A program made the position numbers and the translations under genes. Of a stretch of DNA of 64,000 nucleotides, positions 37,783-50,821 are shown one piece after another. The stretch is taken from the NCBI RefSeq assembly GCF_006345805.1, contig NC_043006.1, forward strand, positions 66,402,001 to 66,466,000, given 5' to 3'. Origin of the DNA: Octopus sinensis (Eukaryota). How positions within the stretch are numbered: position 1 is the stretch's first letter; each line of letters begins with the position of its first letter. The notes under the pieces are model-generated. The model made no database searches. It saw nothing but the letters and a program-made list of their open reading frames with translations, and was not told where the DNA came from.

Positions 37783-38022
37783 AGGGAGAATATTTAGGTA
37801 GTATATTAACTACGCGCGTCGGATTAAGAAGATTAAGCTTAGTAATATTATTTGATATAACACACCGTTTAAAATGGAAGTGGCAATAACTACAGCTAAA
37901 ATGTTTTTCGTTATTCAAGAAATAGTTTCCAACACAATACAGGTATTATAGGAACTTTAGCAAGAATACCATTAAATTATCTCATTCTACAACTCTTGAC
38001 CTGAAGCAAAAAATTACGTCTT
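37783..38022 (+). repeat. Left arm of a ~240-bp inverted repeat (right arm 40507-40722)
   Basis: gcgtcggatta.gaagattaagcttagtaata..ccgtttaaaatggaag..gtattatagga..caagaatac.attaaattatct is reverse-complemented at 40507-40722. Confidence 0.75.
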
Positions 38023-38556
38023 GGTTTCAACTTTTGATACACACATATTTATTGCAGCAGTGTAAATTATATGTTTAAAAGTATAATGGTTCGTTAGGCT
38101 TCCATTGTTGCACAGTTTCACCTATGGGAATTATTCGTTGTCGACCAAGTCAACTTGTATGTTGCCAGCTTAAAATATATTGGAATTTGTGTCATGAGCA
38201 CAAAAATTAACAAGAATAGAGGTAGTTGGTGATGCTTTGTTTATATCCTCGTAATTAAGTGATTCGAGAAAAAAGAACGATAGAAGAAGCAACAGAGTAA
38301 GAAATAAGTAGTGGCCTTGATTCGCTCGACTAGACCAGTCAGTACGGGGCCCCAACATAGCAGTAGGTCTATGACTGAAACGAGTCAAAACGAAAGATAA
38401 AAGACGAAGATAAAAGACAAAGAGAATATACACAAATAGGCAAACACAGCGAATACGGAAATACAGGAAAAGGCACACAGACATATATCTCTATAAATTA
38501 AGTTGAGAAACCAAATAACACGAATTTATATGTACCCATGTAATAGACATTTTTAA

Positions 38557-38880
38557 AGACTCCGCCGGTTACGACGACGAGGGTCCCAGCTGATACGATC
38601 AACGGAACAGCTTGCTCGTGAAATTAACGTGCAAATGGCTGAGCATTCCACAGACACGTGTACCCTTAACGTAGTTCTCGGGGATAATCAGCGTGACACA
38701 GAGAGTGACAAGGCTGACCCTTTGAAATACAAGTACAACTCATTTTTGCCAGCTGAGTGGACTGGAGCAACGTGAAATAAAGTGTCTTGCTGAAGGACAC
38801 AACGCGTCGCCGGGAATCGAACTCACAACCTTACGATCATGAGCCGAATGCCCTAACCACTAAGCCACGCGCCCTCACCC
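38557..38880 (-). mobile_element. SINE family C, full length
   Basis: gtgagggcgcgtggcttagtggttaggg..gagttcgattccc..gtcgtaaccggcggagtc. Confidence 0.85.
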
Positions 38881-38911
38881 TGTAATAGACATACTTTAAC
38901 CCTGTAATGCT

Positions 38912-39270
38912 TGTGAAGGCACATGGCTCAGTGATAAGAGTGACGAGGTTACAATCGTGAGGTTGTGAGTTCGATTCCCGGACCGGGTTGCGTGTTGTGT
39001 TCTTGAGCAAGACTTTTTATTTCAAGTTGCTCCAGTTCACTTAGCTGTACAAAATGAGTTGCGACGTCACTGGTGCCAAGCAGTATCGACCTTTGTCTTT
39101 CCCTTGGATGACACTGGTGGCATGTAGAAGGGAGTCTGGTATGCATGAGGGACTACTGGTCTTCCATGAAAACCACCCTAGGTTATGCGTTCGCCGGTGA
39201 GGCGACTTTCCGCATACGGGCAAACAACAATACTCCGTTGATGTTGAAATCTCGAAATAAACCCTAATAA
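38912..39270 (+). mobile_element. SINE family C variant, divergent from the previous copy
   Basis: gaaggcacatggctcagtg..gagttcgattcccggacc. Confidence 0.7.
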
Positions 39271-39274
39271 TGAC

Positions 39275-39970
39275 ATACATAGATACGTGCATGCACACAG
39301 ACATACATACTTACATACATACATATATACATACATATGTACTTACATACATACATACATACATACATATATACATACATATGTACATAGATAAATACAT
39401 ATATTCATACTTACATATATGCATATGTACATACATACATGCATACAAACATACGTGCATGCATGCGTAGCTACATACATAGATATACATACATATATAC
39501 ATACAAACATACAAACATATATATATACAAACATACATACAGGCAAACATACATACGTACAAACATACAAATATACATACAAACATACAAACATATATAT
39601 ATACAAACATACATACAGGCAAACATACATACGTACAAACATACAAATATACATACATACATACATGCATACATACAAACATACATACATATAAACATTT
39701 ATACATACATATATGCAAACATACATACATATTATATACAAACATACGTACATGCATACATACATACATATATACAAACATGCACACATACATGCATGCA
39801 TGCATACATACATATATATATATACATACACACAAACATGCATACATACAAACATACATATATACAAACATACATACATATATACGTACATACAAACATA
39901 CATACATGCATGCATACATACATACATACATACATACATTCAAACGTACATACGTACATATATACATACG
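39275..39970. repeat. (TACA)/(TACAAACA)-type microsatellite with internal ~60-bp duplication
   Basis: acatacatacaggcaaacatacatacgtacaaac at ~39530 and ~39608. Confidence 0.85.
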
Positions 39971-41264
39971 GAAACCAGGAAAAATATTCCGTTAATCTAA
40001 ATAACATTCCATACAAATAGAAGCATATATGAATACTTTAATACCAGCACTCTAATGGACATATATTTATATTAGACTCATATTTCGTATGAAAATCAAT
40101 ATGCAATGATTTAGTTGTAAAACTGACTCAAATCGAAACATCATTGTCACATTTCTTCGAATTGCTCTTTCGAAAATGTTGGTTATCGGAATAAGACAGT
40201 GCTATCATCCATTTAGGATATGTACGGACAGTAATGTGTTTATGTTTAATATGTCCTCTGCTTACACGCTGATATGATTTCAGTATTCCTATTCCATACT
40301 GAATGTTCAGGAAAAAAACGATCTACATTACTTCCGTTGTACATAAATTGCAAAGCCGTTATGAGATTTGATCTTTGCTAAAATCATAGTCTACACCAAT
40401 AACAACCTCCTTCAACAGTGAAGTCATTCCTATAAACTCACAATTTACTTTATACCTACAAATCGACGTAAAGACGTTATTATTACTACTTGTTATCTTA
40501 ATTAAATTATAAGATGTAATGTGTTGCTTGAGGATAAGATTTGTAAGTAAGATAATTTAATAGTATTCTTGTTAAAGATCCTATAATACATGCATTGTGT
40601 ATAATCTCTAGCTATATTTATTACCGCTTCCATTTTAAACGGTGGATTATATCAAATGATATTACTAGGCTTAATCCTCCTAATCCGACGCTCGTAATTA
40701 ATATAATACATATTATCCCCCAAACCGCTACAAGTTGAAGCTTCATTATAATACGATGAGTAATCTTTAAAAATATGTCCATTCGCTGCCAACCAAAGCA
40801 ACTTTAAGGAGACATTTCAAAACATTTTTGAAATATTATTTGGTTGGCTCCAAGATTTGTAGATATAATTGATGGTCGAATTAGGTTTTCTAATAATCCA
40901 TTGATAATCCACTCCAAAATATTTATTAAAGATCGATTCGTATCTAACTTAATGGACAGATTAAAACCGTACAAAAAACTCATTCGACTAATATCTGAAT
41001 CTATCTTTAGCGCAGGGGTTGCAGTTGATCCTCGTGAATAGGCTATCATCTCTTTACACATCTTGTCCTATACGAGAGAACGCACTCCTAAAATGAAATA
41101 GAATAGATGGATAAATACGATCAGTAACAGCCGTTTAAATGCTCGTAACCATACTCAGGTTAAAAGTGAGTATTTATCCAAACTGAATTATCAAAGATTA
41201 TGGCACATCAACCTCAGAATCACTCAAATCAGTATTGATTTAGGCAACAGTAATAACACGAAGC

Positions 41265-41572
41265 ATGGAGGCCCATGGCCTAGTGGTTAGAGCAGCGGAC
41301 TCGCGGTCGAGGGATCGCGGGTTCGAATCTCAGCCCGGAGGATGTGTGTTTTTATGAGTGAAACACCTAAGCTCCATGCGGCTCCGGCAAAAGGTAATGC
41401 CGAACCTCTGCTGACTCTTTCATCACACCTTTCTCTCACTCTTTCCTCCTGCATCTTGCAGCTCACCTGCGACGGACCGGCGTCCCCTCCAGGTGGGGAA
41501 CCTATACGCCAAGAAAACTGGGGAAACCGACCCTATGAGCCAGGCGTAGCTCGAGAAGGAACAAACAACAAT
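41265..41572 (+). mobile_element. SINE family C variant with a different tail (also 56418-56685 on -)
   Basis: A-box tggcctagtgg, B-box ggttcgaatct; tail gctcacct..gacggaccggcgtccc..ggggaacct. Confidence 0.85.
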
Positions 41573-41619
41573 AACATGAAGCGGTATTTGAGATGGAAGT
41601 ACCGTACATATTGGTTTCA

Positions 41620-41822
41620 ACTTTTGGCACAAGGCCAGAAATTTCGGTCGAGGGGATAAGTCGATTACATCGACCCCCAGTGTTTCACTGGTATCTAATT
41701 TATCTTCCCCGATAGGATGAAACTCAAAGTTAACCGCGATGGAATTTTAATTCAGAACGTAAAGGCGGACGAAATGCGGCTAAGCATTTTGACCTGTGTA
41801 CTAACGACTCTGCCAGCTTGCT
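41620..41822 (-). mobile_element. SINE family A, tail type 2
   Basis: Body and tail match the family. Confidence 0.75.
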
Positions 41823-42485
41823 GTCTTAAGTTTCAGTCATGGCCAAAAATTTGGAACATAGATCTGAAAATTAGAATCTTTATAGTAAATGCTCAAAGTT
41901 ATATTAAAAGCAAACATTTTGGACTAGAACTACGTTTGTGATTCTGCCATTTTTTAGGTATTTCATCTCTTTACATTCTGAGTTCAAATTCCGCCGAGGT
42001 CGATTTTACCTTAAATCCCGAATTGTTGATATTATATTGCTACGTTTCTACTCGGTTTACAATAATCCTTGGTGCTTGCGTTAAATATGAACTACGGTCG
42101 TACGGACCCCTATCTTCTTGATACAATTTATCTGGCTTGTTAGAATGAATATGGTTGTTATACACATCCTTGACATTTTAAATCAAGGTTTTACGATTAC
42201 AAAATATATTGTTTCTTAGGAGCAAATGATTAAGAGAAAGCGGAGATTTTTGCTAATGTATTAAATCTGCAACATAAAACTATTTGCTCCACAGTTATAT
42301 ATAAATGGCAGAGTCATCTTTGGATTTTTGGTCTCCCTGAATTTTGATTAAAGAATTTTGATTCACATACATATGTATGCATTCTTGTATATATGTATGT
42401 TTTTATGCATGTATGTACATATGTATACATATGTACGTATATACATACATACATACATACATACACACACACACCACACACACAC

Positions 42486-42533
<48 letters not shown>

Positions 42534-42611
42534 AGAGGTTAAATTAGCCTTATTAAGGGATGTATCTGCCAATGAATTACTGGTTCAATACCTAATATTT
42601 GTTGTGAATAA

Positions 42612-43697
42612 TCTACGATATAAATCCCGTTCTGTCTGTGTGTGTATGTGCGTAAGAAATTATAACGGCCGTGTTTTTCAACTGATTTTCTCGAAACTGG
42701 GAACATACATTACTTATGTTCCAGGGATGGTTTTAGACTCTTAAAAGTTTTCATATAATGAGTAACGGGCTCCCTGGTAGCAGAAAGCATCCGTGCCTGG
42801 CTTACGTAGATAAGTAAGGTAACTCTTTGCAAAGTAACTTTCAGAAACTGATATTCTCCCTTACATTCATTGGTCAAAAAATTATCCCAATCTCATCAAT
42901 ATATAAAATAGAGATGTGCGTGAATTCGCTTTTCACCTGAAAACGGTTTCCCCAATTGCTTCCATACTTGCGAGCAATAGGATGTCCACTGAAGAACGAA
43001 GAGCAGTTGCAACAGTTCAGAGAAGCCACTTCTATGAAGCAAATTATGATCCAGCATTTCATTATGCAGATGACACTAGAGTTTCCATTGGTGCAATGAC
43101 AACTGAGTGCATACATTGTAAAGCAATGAAGTGACTTGGAGAGACATATGCACTGTGCTGCAGTGGTCGAAAGGTTAAACTCCCTGCAATCCCCCAACCT
43201 CCAGACCATTGAAGAAACTTTTGCCATCAATTGACCAAGATTCGAAGCACTTCCAAAGCAAAATTAGACAATACAATACTGCACTACTGATGGCATCATT
43301 TGGAGCCACATGAGATTTAACTGAGCCAGGATTCATGCAACCTTTCAAGATCCAAGGTCAGATTTATCATCAGATTGGCGCTCTACTACTTCTGTCAAAT
43401 GAATCACCAAATTGGCCGTTCATTGTTAATAATCTATACCTATTTTTTGGTTACGAAATAAGCCACACAAAACGTATTTTTGAATTACGTGTATTTACTT
43501 TATATGCATATATAAGTTGAAAACTTTCTTTTAACATTTCCCTTAACATCTATGTTCCTTGCTGGCAAGCGTTGGAGAATTATTAATATGGGAGGTTGGT
43601 ATCTCAGCTACTAGCAGTTGAGACCTGCGTAATCTAGACGGCGTTTTTAAATTTCATTATTCTCTTTAACCCGGGCAACACCGGATATTTCTGCTCG
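42612..43697 (+). mobile_element. Internally deleted Helitron with Rep-helicase N-terminal remnant
   Basis: A|TC start. IGAMTTECIHCKAMK*LGET..CCSGRKVKLP..IRQYN..SFGAT..FKIQGQIYHQIG. 3' hairpin cccgggcaacaccgg and CTCG|T end (CTAG variant). Confidence 0.85.
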
Positions 43698-43758
43698 TAA
43701 TATTTATAAAACAATAGGTTTATATATAAATCGTGGTTTATAATCATTCAAAAGAAAG

Positions 43759-44110
43759 TAAGAAAATGGAGATCTAGCATTTAAAAATAAATTAACTGCA
43801 AATATCAAATATAGTTCCTTACAGCTGTTTCAATAGATTAAATAGTAGTTATTAAAATCATTATTTTAGGCAAAATCTCTTCAGAAATGTAGAAAAAAGA
43901 TACACCGTTAGGTTTCTAAATGTTGTATTTTAGAATCATCACAGCAGAAATTGTTTTTACCCCTCTGAAGTGATTTTGCCTTATATAATGATTATTTTAA
44001 TAATTGCTATTTAATCTATTAAGCCTAATTAAAACAGCTGTAAGGGACTATGGTTGATTTCTTAAGCAGATAATAAATTTTTATTAAATGCTATGTCTCT
44101 CTTTTCTTAT
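43759..44110. repeat. ~350-bp palindromic element made of two inverted H2 hammerhead-like units
   Basis: Arms 43759-43885 and 43964-44110, 78-nt spacer. Each arm carries CTGAAG.. and AAACAGCTGTAAGG. Confidence 0.75.
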
Positions 44111-44139
44111 TTTTTTTTAATGATTATAAACCATGATTC

Positions 44140-44231
<92 letters not shown>

Positions 44232-44246
44232 CTATATCTATCTATC

Positions 44247-44286
<40 letters not shown>

Positions 44287-44288
<2 letters not shown>

Positions 44289-46170
44289 TGTTTATCTACC
44301 CCTTATGCAGAGTTCGACTACCTCCTGTCCCTACACCTTAGAACCATCATGGCATCTGACGTGGCTTTTCAAACAAGACAATGTTTTGAAAAGATACTCG
44401 CATAGATCGCACATCCGATTTGGACCACCAAGAGCTGCAGATAAGTTGTGATCTTTGTGGATCTTAAAATGTCTTTTGAGGCCTCCGTTAGATTTGCAAA
44501 TCTTCTGGGATACACTGCATTCAAAGGTCTGCACAGACATATAGGCAGAATAGTTGGTGGAGGTTCATTTTTCATGGGTTCGCAAATGAGATTTGAACCC
44601 AGCAAAAGAAAAGCATGGACTGTCAAAAACTGTGCACACAAAAGAGTCATTGTCATTCACCTTCTCGATCGTAACATTCTTCCTTAAATCTCTTTTGTGT
44701 CTTACATGCGTTATCCTGGCCTCTTCAAACGCTTTCACCCCACTCCACACTTTTGTTCGCCATTCAGCTCGATCAGAAGCAAGGGTTTTCTATATCTTCT
44801 GGATCCATTCCAAGTGACTTCATTGTAATCCTAATGCCGTCCTTAAACCTTTTTAAAGTTTACGCTGGTAGTATTTCCCCTCTGCAAGCTCACCATAAAA
44901 CAGCTGTTTCGGCGTGCATTCATCAGCCATTCGAACAATATGGCCACACCATCTCATTTAGTTCCTCAAAATCATTGCTTTAATTGAGGTGACGCCTGCA
45001 GATGCAAAGACATCTGTGTTTGGAGTAAAAGAACTCTATTTAATGTTTAAAATGCGATGAAGACATTTTTGGTGGAATTGTTGTAACAATTATTTAAAAT
45101 GCCTTTCATAACAAGTCCATATTTCACAAGAATACAACAGGGATGATATGACAAATGATTTGTAAAGAGCCCGCTTTGTATTCTTATTTACATGTCGCTG
45201 GTGCCAAACGCGTAACTCCAAGCCAATAAATGCTTTTGCTGCTCTTTGAATTCGTAGATGTATTTCTGTATCAAGATTCCCATAATTTTGTACAGATCTC
45301 CCAAGGTAGATGAAGGATTCAACAACCTCAAGTAATTACCCTTAACAAAACTTTTAGTGGTGTTACAAACAGCACCACACGCAGGTTGATGCATTACAGC
45401 TGTTTTTTTTTCATGTTGATGGTCAAGCTAAAATCATCACAATCTGAGTCAAATGCAGATACAAGAGATTGCAGACCTGTTTCAGAATGACTGACAAGAT
45501 TGTAATCGTCAGCTTATAAAAAGTTCCCTAATGGGTGAAGTAAAAACCTTCGTTTTGAATTTCAGTCTGATCAGATTAAAAAACATTCCCTGTTGTTCGA
45601 TATTTTATGTAAATACCCTCCTTAGAAAAGCATGTGACACAAAGCATATTGCAAAACGGGTGGGTGCATCAAGGTCTCCTTGCTTTACTCCATTGCCACG
45701 GCAAAAGATTCAGAGAGTCTACCACCAAAGTTAACTCTAGCTTTCATATCTTGATGCAAAGCCCTGATCATGTTTATAAACTTTTCTGGGCAACTTATTT
45801 TCCTTAGAATTAGCCACAGAGCATTTCGATTAACATTATCGAATGCCTTATTCAAATCAACAAAGCAATGGTATAGAGCAAGATTCTGTTCAATACACTT
45901 GCCTTGTAATTGTCTGATAGTAAAGATACAATCAGCTGTGCCCAAAGCGGAACGAAAACCACACTGAGACTTAGACACAATATTTGGAACTATGAAGGTA
46001 TTTAAACCTTCTAACAAAATGCGGGCAAGTACCTTTTCAACCACAGACAAAAGCAAAATCCCACGAAAATTACCACACAGATCCTTTGGCCCCGATTTAT
46101 ACAAGGAGTCTAAAATAGCATCAATCTAGTCTTGAGGCAATTTCTCAGTTCTCCAACAGTGACAAATTAA
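44287..46170 (-). mobile_element. RTE-clade LINE, 5'-truncated, decayed, with three C-terminal C2H2-like fingers
   Basis: CGNFRGILLLS, SQCGFR, FVDLNKAFD, GVKQG, ADD, ESFIYLG, RWCGHIVRM..PKQLFYGEL, followed by the fingers. Confidence 0.9.
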
Positions 46171-46234
46171 TATATTTAAGAGTTCAAACATTTTGTTACC
46201 TCCATATTTCAAGACTTATTGTTATTCAGCTTAT

Positions 46235-46790
46235 TCACATGCGATGTCTTCTTACTTCTTTACACAAGGTCTTAGTGTTAACTCTGCCGCGTACATCGAG
46301 GTCCTGGAATAATTGTTAAGCATAGACAGCGTATGCAATGGAAGGCCATATGTGTTTCAGTAAGGCTCTGCACTATCACACATGGCTCTAGTAACACAGG
46401 ATGGTTGAAAATTTTCATGATCACATAACCCCTAACATTTGGCCTCCCAATTCCCCAGATCTCAATCCATTGGACTATAAAATGTGGCGCATTGTTGAGA
46501 GAGAAGTGAATGAACATGCCCATAACACCAAAGATTCTTTGAAAGCTACCATAGTCAGAGCAATGTCCAAAATGAACCAGGGCCACTTGATTTGAGTATG
46601 GAGATGATTTAGATCTCATATAGAAGCAGTTGTTGAACCTGAAGGTGGCTTTATTGAACAACATTACAGAAAAGAAGGTTTATTTTTATCCTCATAGCAT
46701 TTTTGATAAATAAAGTTATTACCTGTTATTATATATCTGTATTTTTATAAATGTAAATCTGTCCTCAAATATCTTTGCACTCTGTATATA
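46235..46790 (+). mobile_element. DD37D (maT)-like transposon 3' fragment
   Basis: VNSAAYIEVL..PYVFQ..WPPNSPDLNPLDY..GGFIE, then a TIR-like end ..ttgcactctg|ta. The DD37D spacing is inferred across a small deletion. Confidence 0.7.
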
Positions 46791-46863
46791 TGTACATACA
46801 TATATATATGCGCGCGCAAGCCAAGCCCTTGTTATAATTATATATACATGCATTATATATATA

Positions 46864-46911
<48 letters not shown>

Positions 46912-46926
46912 GAGAGAGAGAGAGAG

Positions 46927-47508
46927 ATAGTGATTGATAAGGATAAAGAGATAGATAGATAGACATATAGATCATAAAGGGATAAAAGTACGTTCTCGAA
47001 CCACAGGCTTATGAGGCCGGATTTCCATATGCTATGGCGAAAAAGGAAGGTAATCAGTATCAAGATTATTCGCTTTTCTGTTGGGTGTACAGGAGCAACA
47101 AGCAATGAAGTGTTTTGTTCAAGAAGACAACGCATCGCTTGGTCCAGGAATCGAAACCACACACACACACACGCACACGCATATATGATGATAGATAAAT
47201 AGATATGCAGAGAGAGAGAGAGAGAGAGAGATAGTGATTGATAAGGATAAAGAGATAGATAGATAGACATATAGATCATAAAGGGATAAAAGTACGTTCT
47301 CGAACCACAGGCTTATGAGGCCGGATTTCCATATGCTATGGCGAAAAAGGAAGGTAATCAGTATCAAGATTATTCGCTTTTCTGTTGGGTGTACAGGAGC
47401 AACAAGCAATGAAGTGTTTTGTTCAAGAAGACAACGCATCGCTTGGTCCAGGAATCGAAACCACACACACACACACGCACACGCATATATGATGATAGAT
47501 AAATAGAT

Positions 47509-47534
<26 letters not shown>
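46927..47534. repeat. Apparently exact 304-bp tandem duplication
   Basis: Identical ORFs at 47011 and 47315; unit bounded by (GA)n. Confidence 0.9.
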
Positions 47535-47554
<20 letters not shown>

Positions 47555-48370
47555 AAGAAAGGAAGAGAGAAAGAGAGCGAGGAAGACGGAGAAAGTGAGT
47601 GAGAGAAACAGACTAATAAAGAGAGAGAGTGTGAGAGAGAAATACAGAGACAGACAGAGAAGAGAGAAAGAGAGAGAAAGAAAGGGAGAAAGAAATAGAG
47701 AAAGAGAGAGAGAAAGAAAGAGAGAGAGGAAGAGAGAGAAAGCGAGAAAGAGAAGCAGACTAATAAAAAGAGAGAGAGAGAAGTGGAAGGGCAGGTAACA
47801 AGTACTGAGATGGAATAAACAGAGAACGACACACAAGCATACACACACATATATACATACACGCTTAACCACACACACACACACACACACACACGCACGC
47901 ACACACACACACACACACACATACACACACATATATATATATATATATATACACATACACGCTTAACCAGAGGTATATAGACAGAAATGAAGAAATAGTC
48001 AGAAAACCAAACGGATAGACAAACAGACAGACAGGCAAAAGCAGAGACAGTTTGATTAATTGTCTTATTCTTAGTGTCAATGGAAATCCAGACATTCTTC
48101 AAAATACGATCAATGTTTAGATACAAGTACATTAGAGGAACAAGTTTAATAAGATATTTTCGATTTAATTTCGTTCTATAGATAAATAGGAGCAGGCATG
48201 GCTGTGTGATAAAGAAGCTCACTTGAAAACTACGAGGTTTTAGGTTCAGTTCTACAGCGCAGAACTTCGAGTACGTGTCTTCTATAATGGCCTTCGATAA
48301 ACCAATGCCATATTGTTTTATCAGTGAATATGGTAGACAGAGACTGAGTGTAACCCGTAGTGCATATATA

Positions 48371-48903
48371 CAGGGTGTCCCAAAAAAATGTATACACACC
48401 TTAAATAATTGTAGATTTGGGGTTTATTATAATTCGAATAATTTTCAACATGTAAAAGAATTTACAAATATCATTCTATTGTCTTGTTATCGCATGTTCT
48501 CAAACTGATGTCCGTTCTGCTCCAGACACTGCTGACAACGCGAAGCGATGGAATGGCACACATCATGGAACAATTCCCTTGGGATATTCGTACATTCATG
48601 TTCAATGGTTGCCCTCAATTGAACGACTGTTGCAGGTTTCTGTGCGTAGACTTTGTCCTTTAGGTATCCCCATAAAAAGAAGTCTAGTGGTGTGAGGTCT
48701 GGTGAACGTGGAGGGTATTCGACAAAACCTCTCCGTCCAATCCACCTGTTTGGCAAGATCCCATCAAGAAAGGATCTAACATCGCGATGGTAGTGTAGAA
48801 TTGCCCCATCTTGCTGGAAATAAAACTCTTCCTGTTCAAAGTCCTCTCTAATGTTTGGCATGACAGACTGTTGCAGCAAGTGTATACATTTTTTTGGGAC
48901 ACC

Positions 48904-48906
<3 letters not shown>
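48371..48906 (-). mobile_element. DD41D (rosa)-like transposon, 536-bp deletion derivative
   Basis: Perfect 27-bp TIRs cagggtgtcccaaaaaaatgtatacac and TA on both sides. QQDGA..PPRSPDLTPLDFFLWG with 41 residues between the second and third Asp. Confidence 0.92.
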
Positions 48907-48939
<33 letters not shown>

Positions 48940-49013
48940 ACGGAGATGCATTTGCATAGCAAGTGACCTGATCTGATGCCGTCGTGTGCTGAAACAATTG
49001 TATGTATGTATAT

Positions 49014-49047
<34 letters not shown>

Positions 49048-49857
49048 CACTACATATGTGAGAAATTTTGTTTGTGGATATGTTTGTTTGCCGAGTTGTT
49101 AGCCAACTCCTCCTACATCATTTTATCGATTTTGATGAAACTTGACACGTGAAGAGTACTTATGTCTGAAAACTTCATGGCATACTCAGATTGTTGAAAA
49201 ACTCGATAATAGGGCCCCGGGAAGGGATCCTTATATGGAACTGATATATTTTATTTTAACAGCCAAAGAAAATAACCCATTATATATATATGTGAGTGTG
49301 TTTGTATGTACGTATCAAAACAAGAGACTGGAAATTTTTTTGTATTATTCATTGGCCATTACAGGTGTTTCATTCGCAAATAGAAGTTACAACATTGTAC
49401 ATATAGTAGGAAGCGTATAACCAAGTAGCACATAATATACGTACTATGCATGTATGTATATATGTATGTATATACGTATTTATATATGTACGTGTGTGTG
49501 TATGTATATATATATGTATGCATGTGTGTGTGTTTGTGTTTGTGAAGTAGTGTTGGTTTGTTTGCGTCGATGTAAATTAGCGCTTTGTCTAAAAGGGACC
49601 GTATAAAGAGAGAGTATAAATGAGAAATGTAAGCTGTAGACGCGCGCGCACGTGTTTGGGAGAAATTGTGTGTGTGGGGGTGTGTGCGCGTGATTATCTT
49701 TATGCGACTATTAACCCTCCAATACAGTAAACCATTTCAAGTTACTGCTTTAATTCTTCTCAGGTGCAGAATATAACGACGCCGAACAGGAGACTTCAAA
49801 CTGAAAGCAGTTGATTGAAACATCGAGCTGATATTTAATTAACAACAGCAACAGCAA

Positions 49858-49894
<37 letters not shown>

Positions 49895-49942
49895 AGTAGT
49901 AATAATGATGATGATGATGATGATGATGACGATGGTGGTAAA

Positions 49943-50089
49943 TGTTTCTTTTATTGGCCACAAGGGCCCAAAACATGGAGATACAGCACAAAATAAAAAA
50001 CACAGGCGGGGGGTTCCATCGATCAAGGGGAAATACTACAGCATAAAAGGAGATAACAAAAGGATACATAAATAGAAATTAGGAAAATG

Positions 50090-50090
<1 letters not shown>
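49943..50090 (-). mobile_element. LINE-type 3' UTR stub similar to the Tx1 end and the SINE A tail
   Basis: Minus strand ends atgttttgggcccttgtggccaataaaagaaac. Confidence 0.5.
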
Positions 50091-50121
<31 letters not shown>

Positions 50122-50327
50122 AAATAATAATAATAATAATAATTAATAATAATAATGATGATAATAATAATAATGATGATGATGATATGATGATGATGAT
50201 GATAATAATAATAATAATAATAATATAATAATAATAATAATAATATAATAATAAAGATAATAATAATATATAATGATAATAATAATAATAATAATAATTA
50301 ATAATAATAATGATGATAATAATAATA

Positions 50328-50410
<83 letters not shown>

Positions 50411-50449
50411 GATAATAATAATAATAATAATAATAAAATAATAATAATA

Positions 50450-50543
<94 letters not shown>

Positions 50544-50821
50544 GTTCTACAATCTTATATACATTGATTAGCATGAAACTTGTGTCTGCGTGTATTTGTG
50601 TATGTGTTTGTGTGTGAGTGTGTTTCTGTGTGAGTGTGTTGTTTCCGTGTGAGTGCGTTTGTGCGTGTGTGTGTTATTAATCTCTAGCATGTTCTGTTTT
50701 GTGTTTTGCTAGTTTCCGGTTTAATGTATATGTGACGCATAGTTGCAACTTTATAGGGGCACTTATGACTCATAAAGAAACCATCATCATCATCATCATC
50801 ATCATCGTCATCATCATTATT

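Noticed and set aside
41265-41340. tRNA genes at the SINE heads
   Set aside because: A and B boxes are present but the acceptor stem is not closed, and each continues into a shared SINE body.
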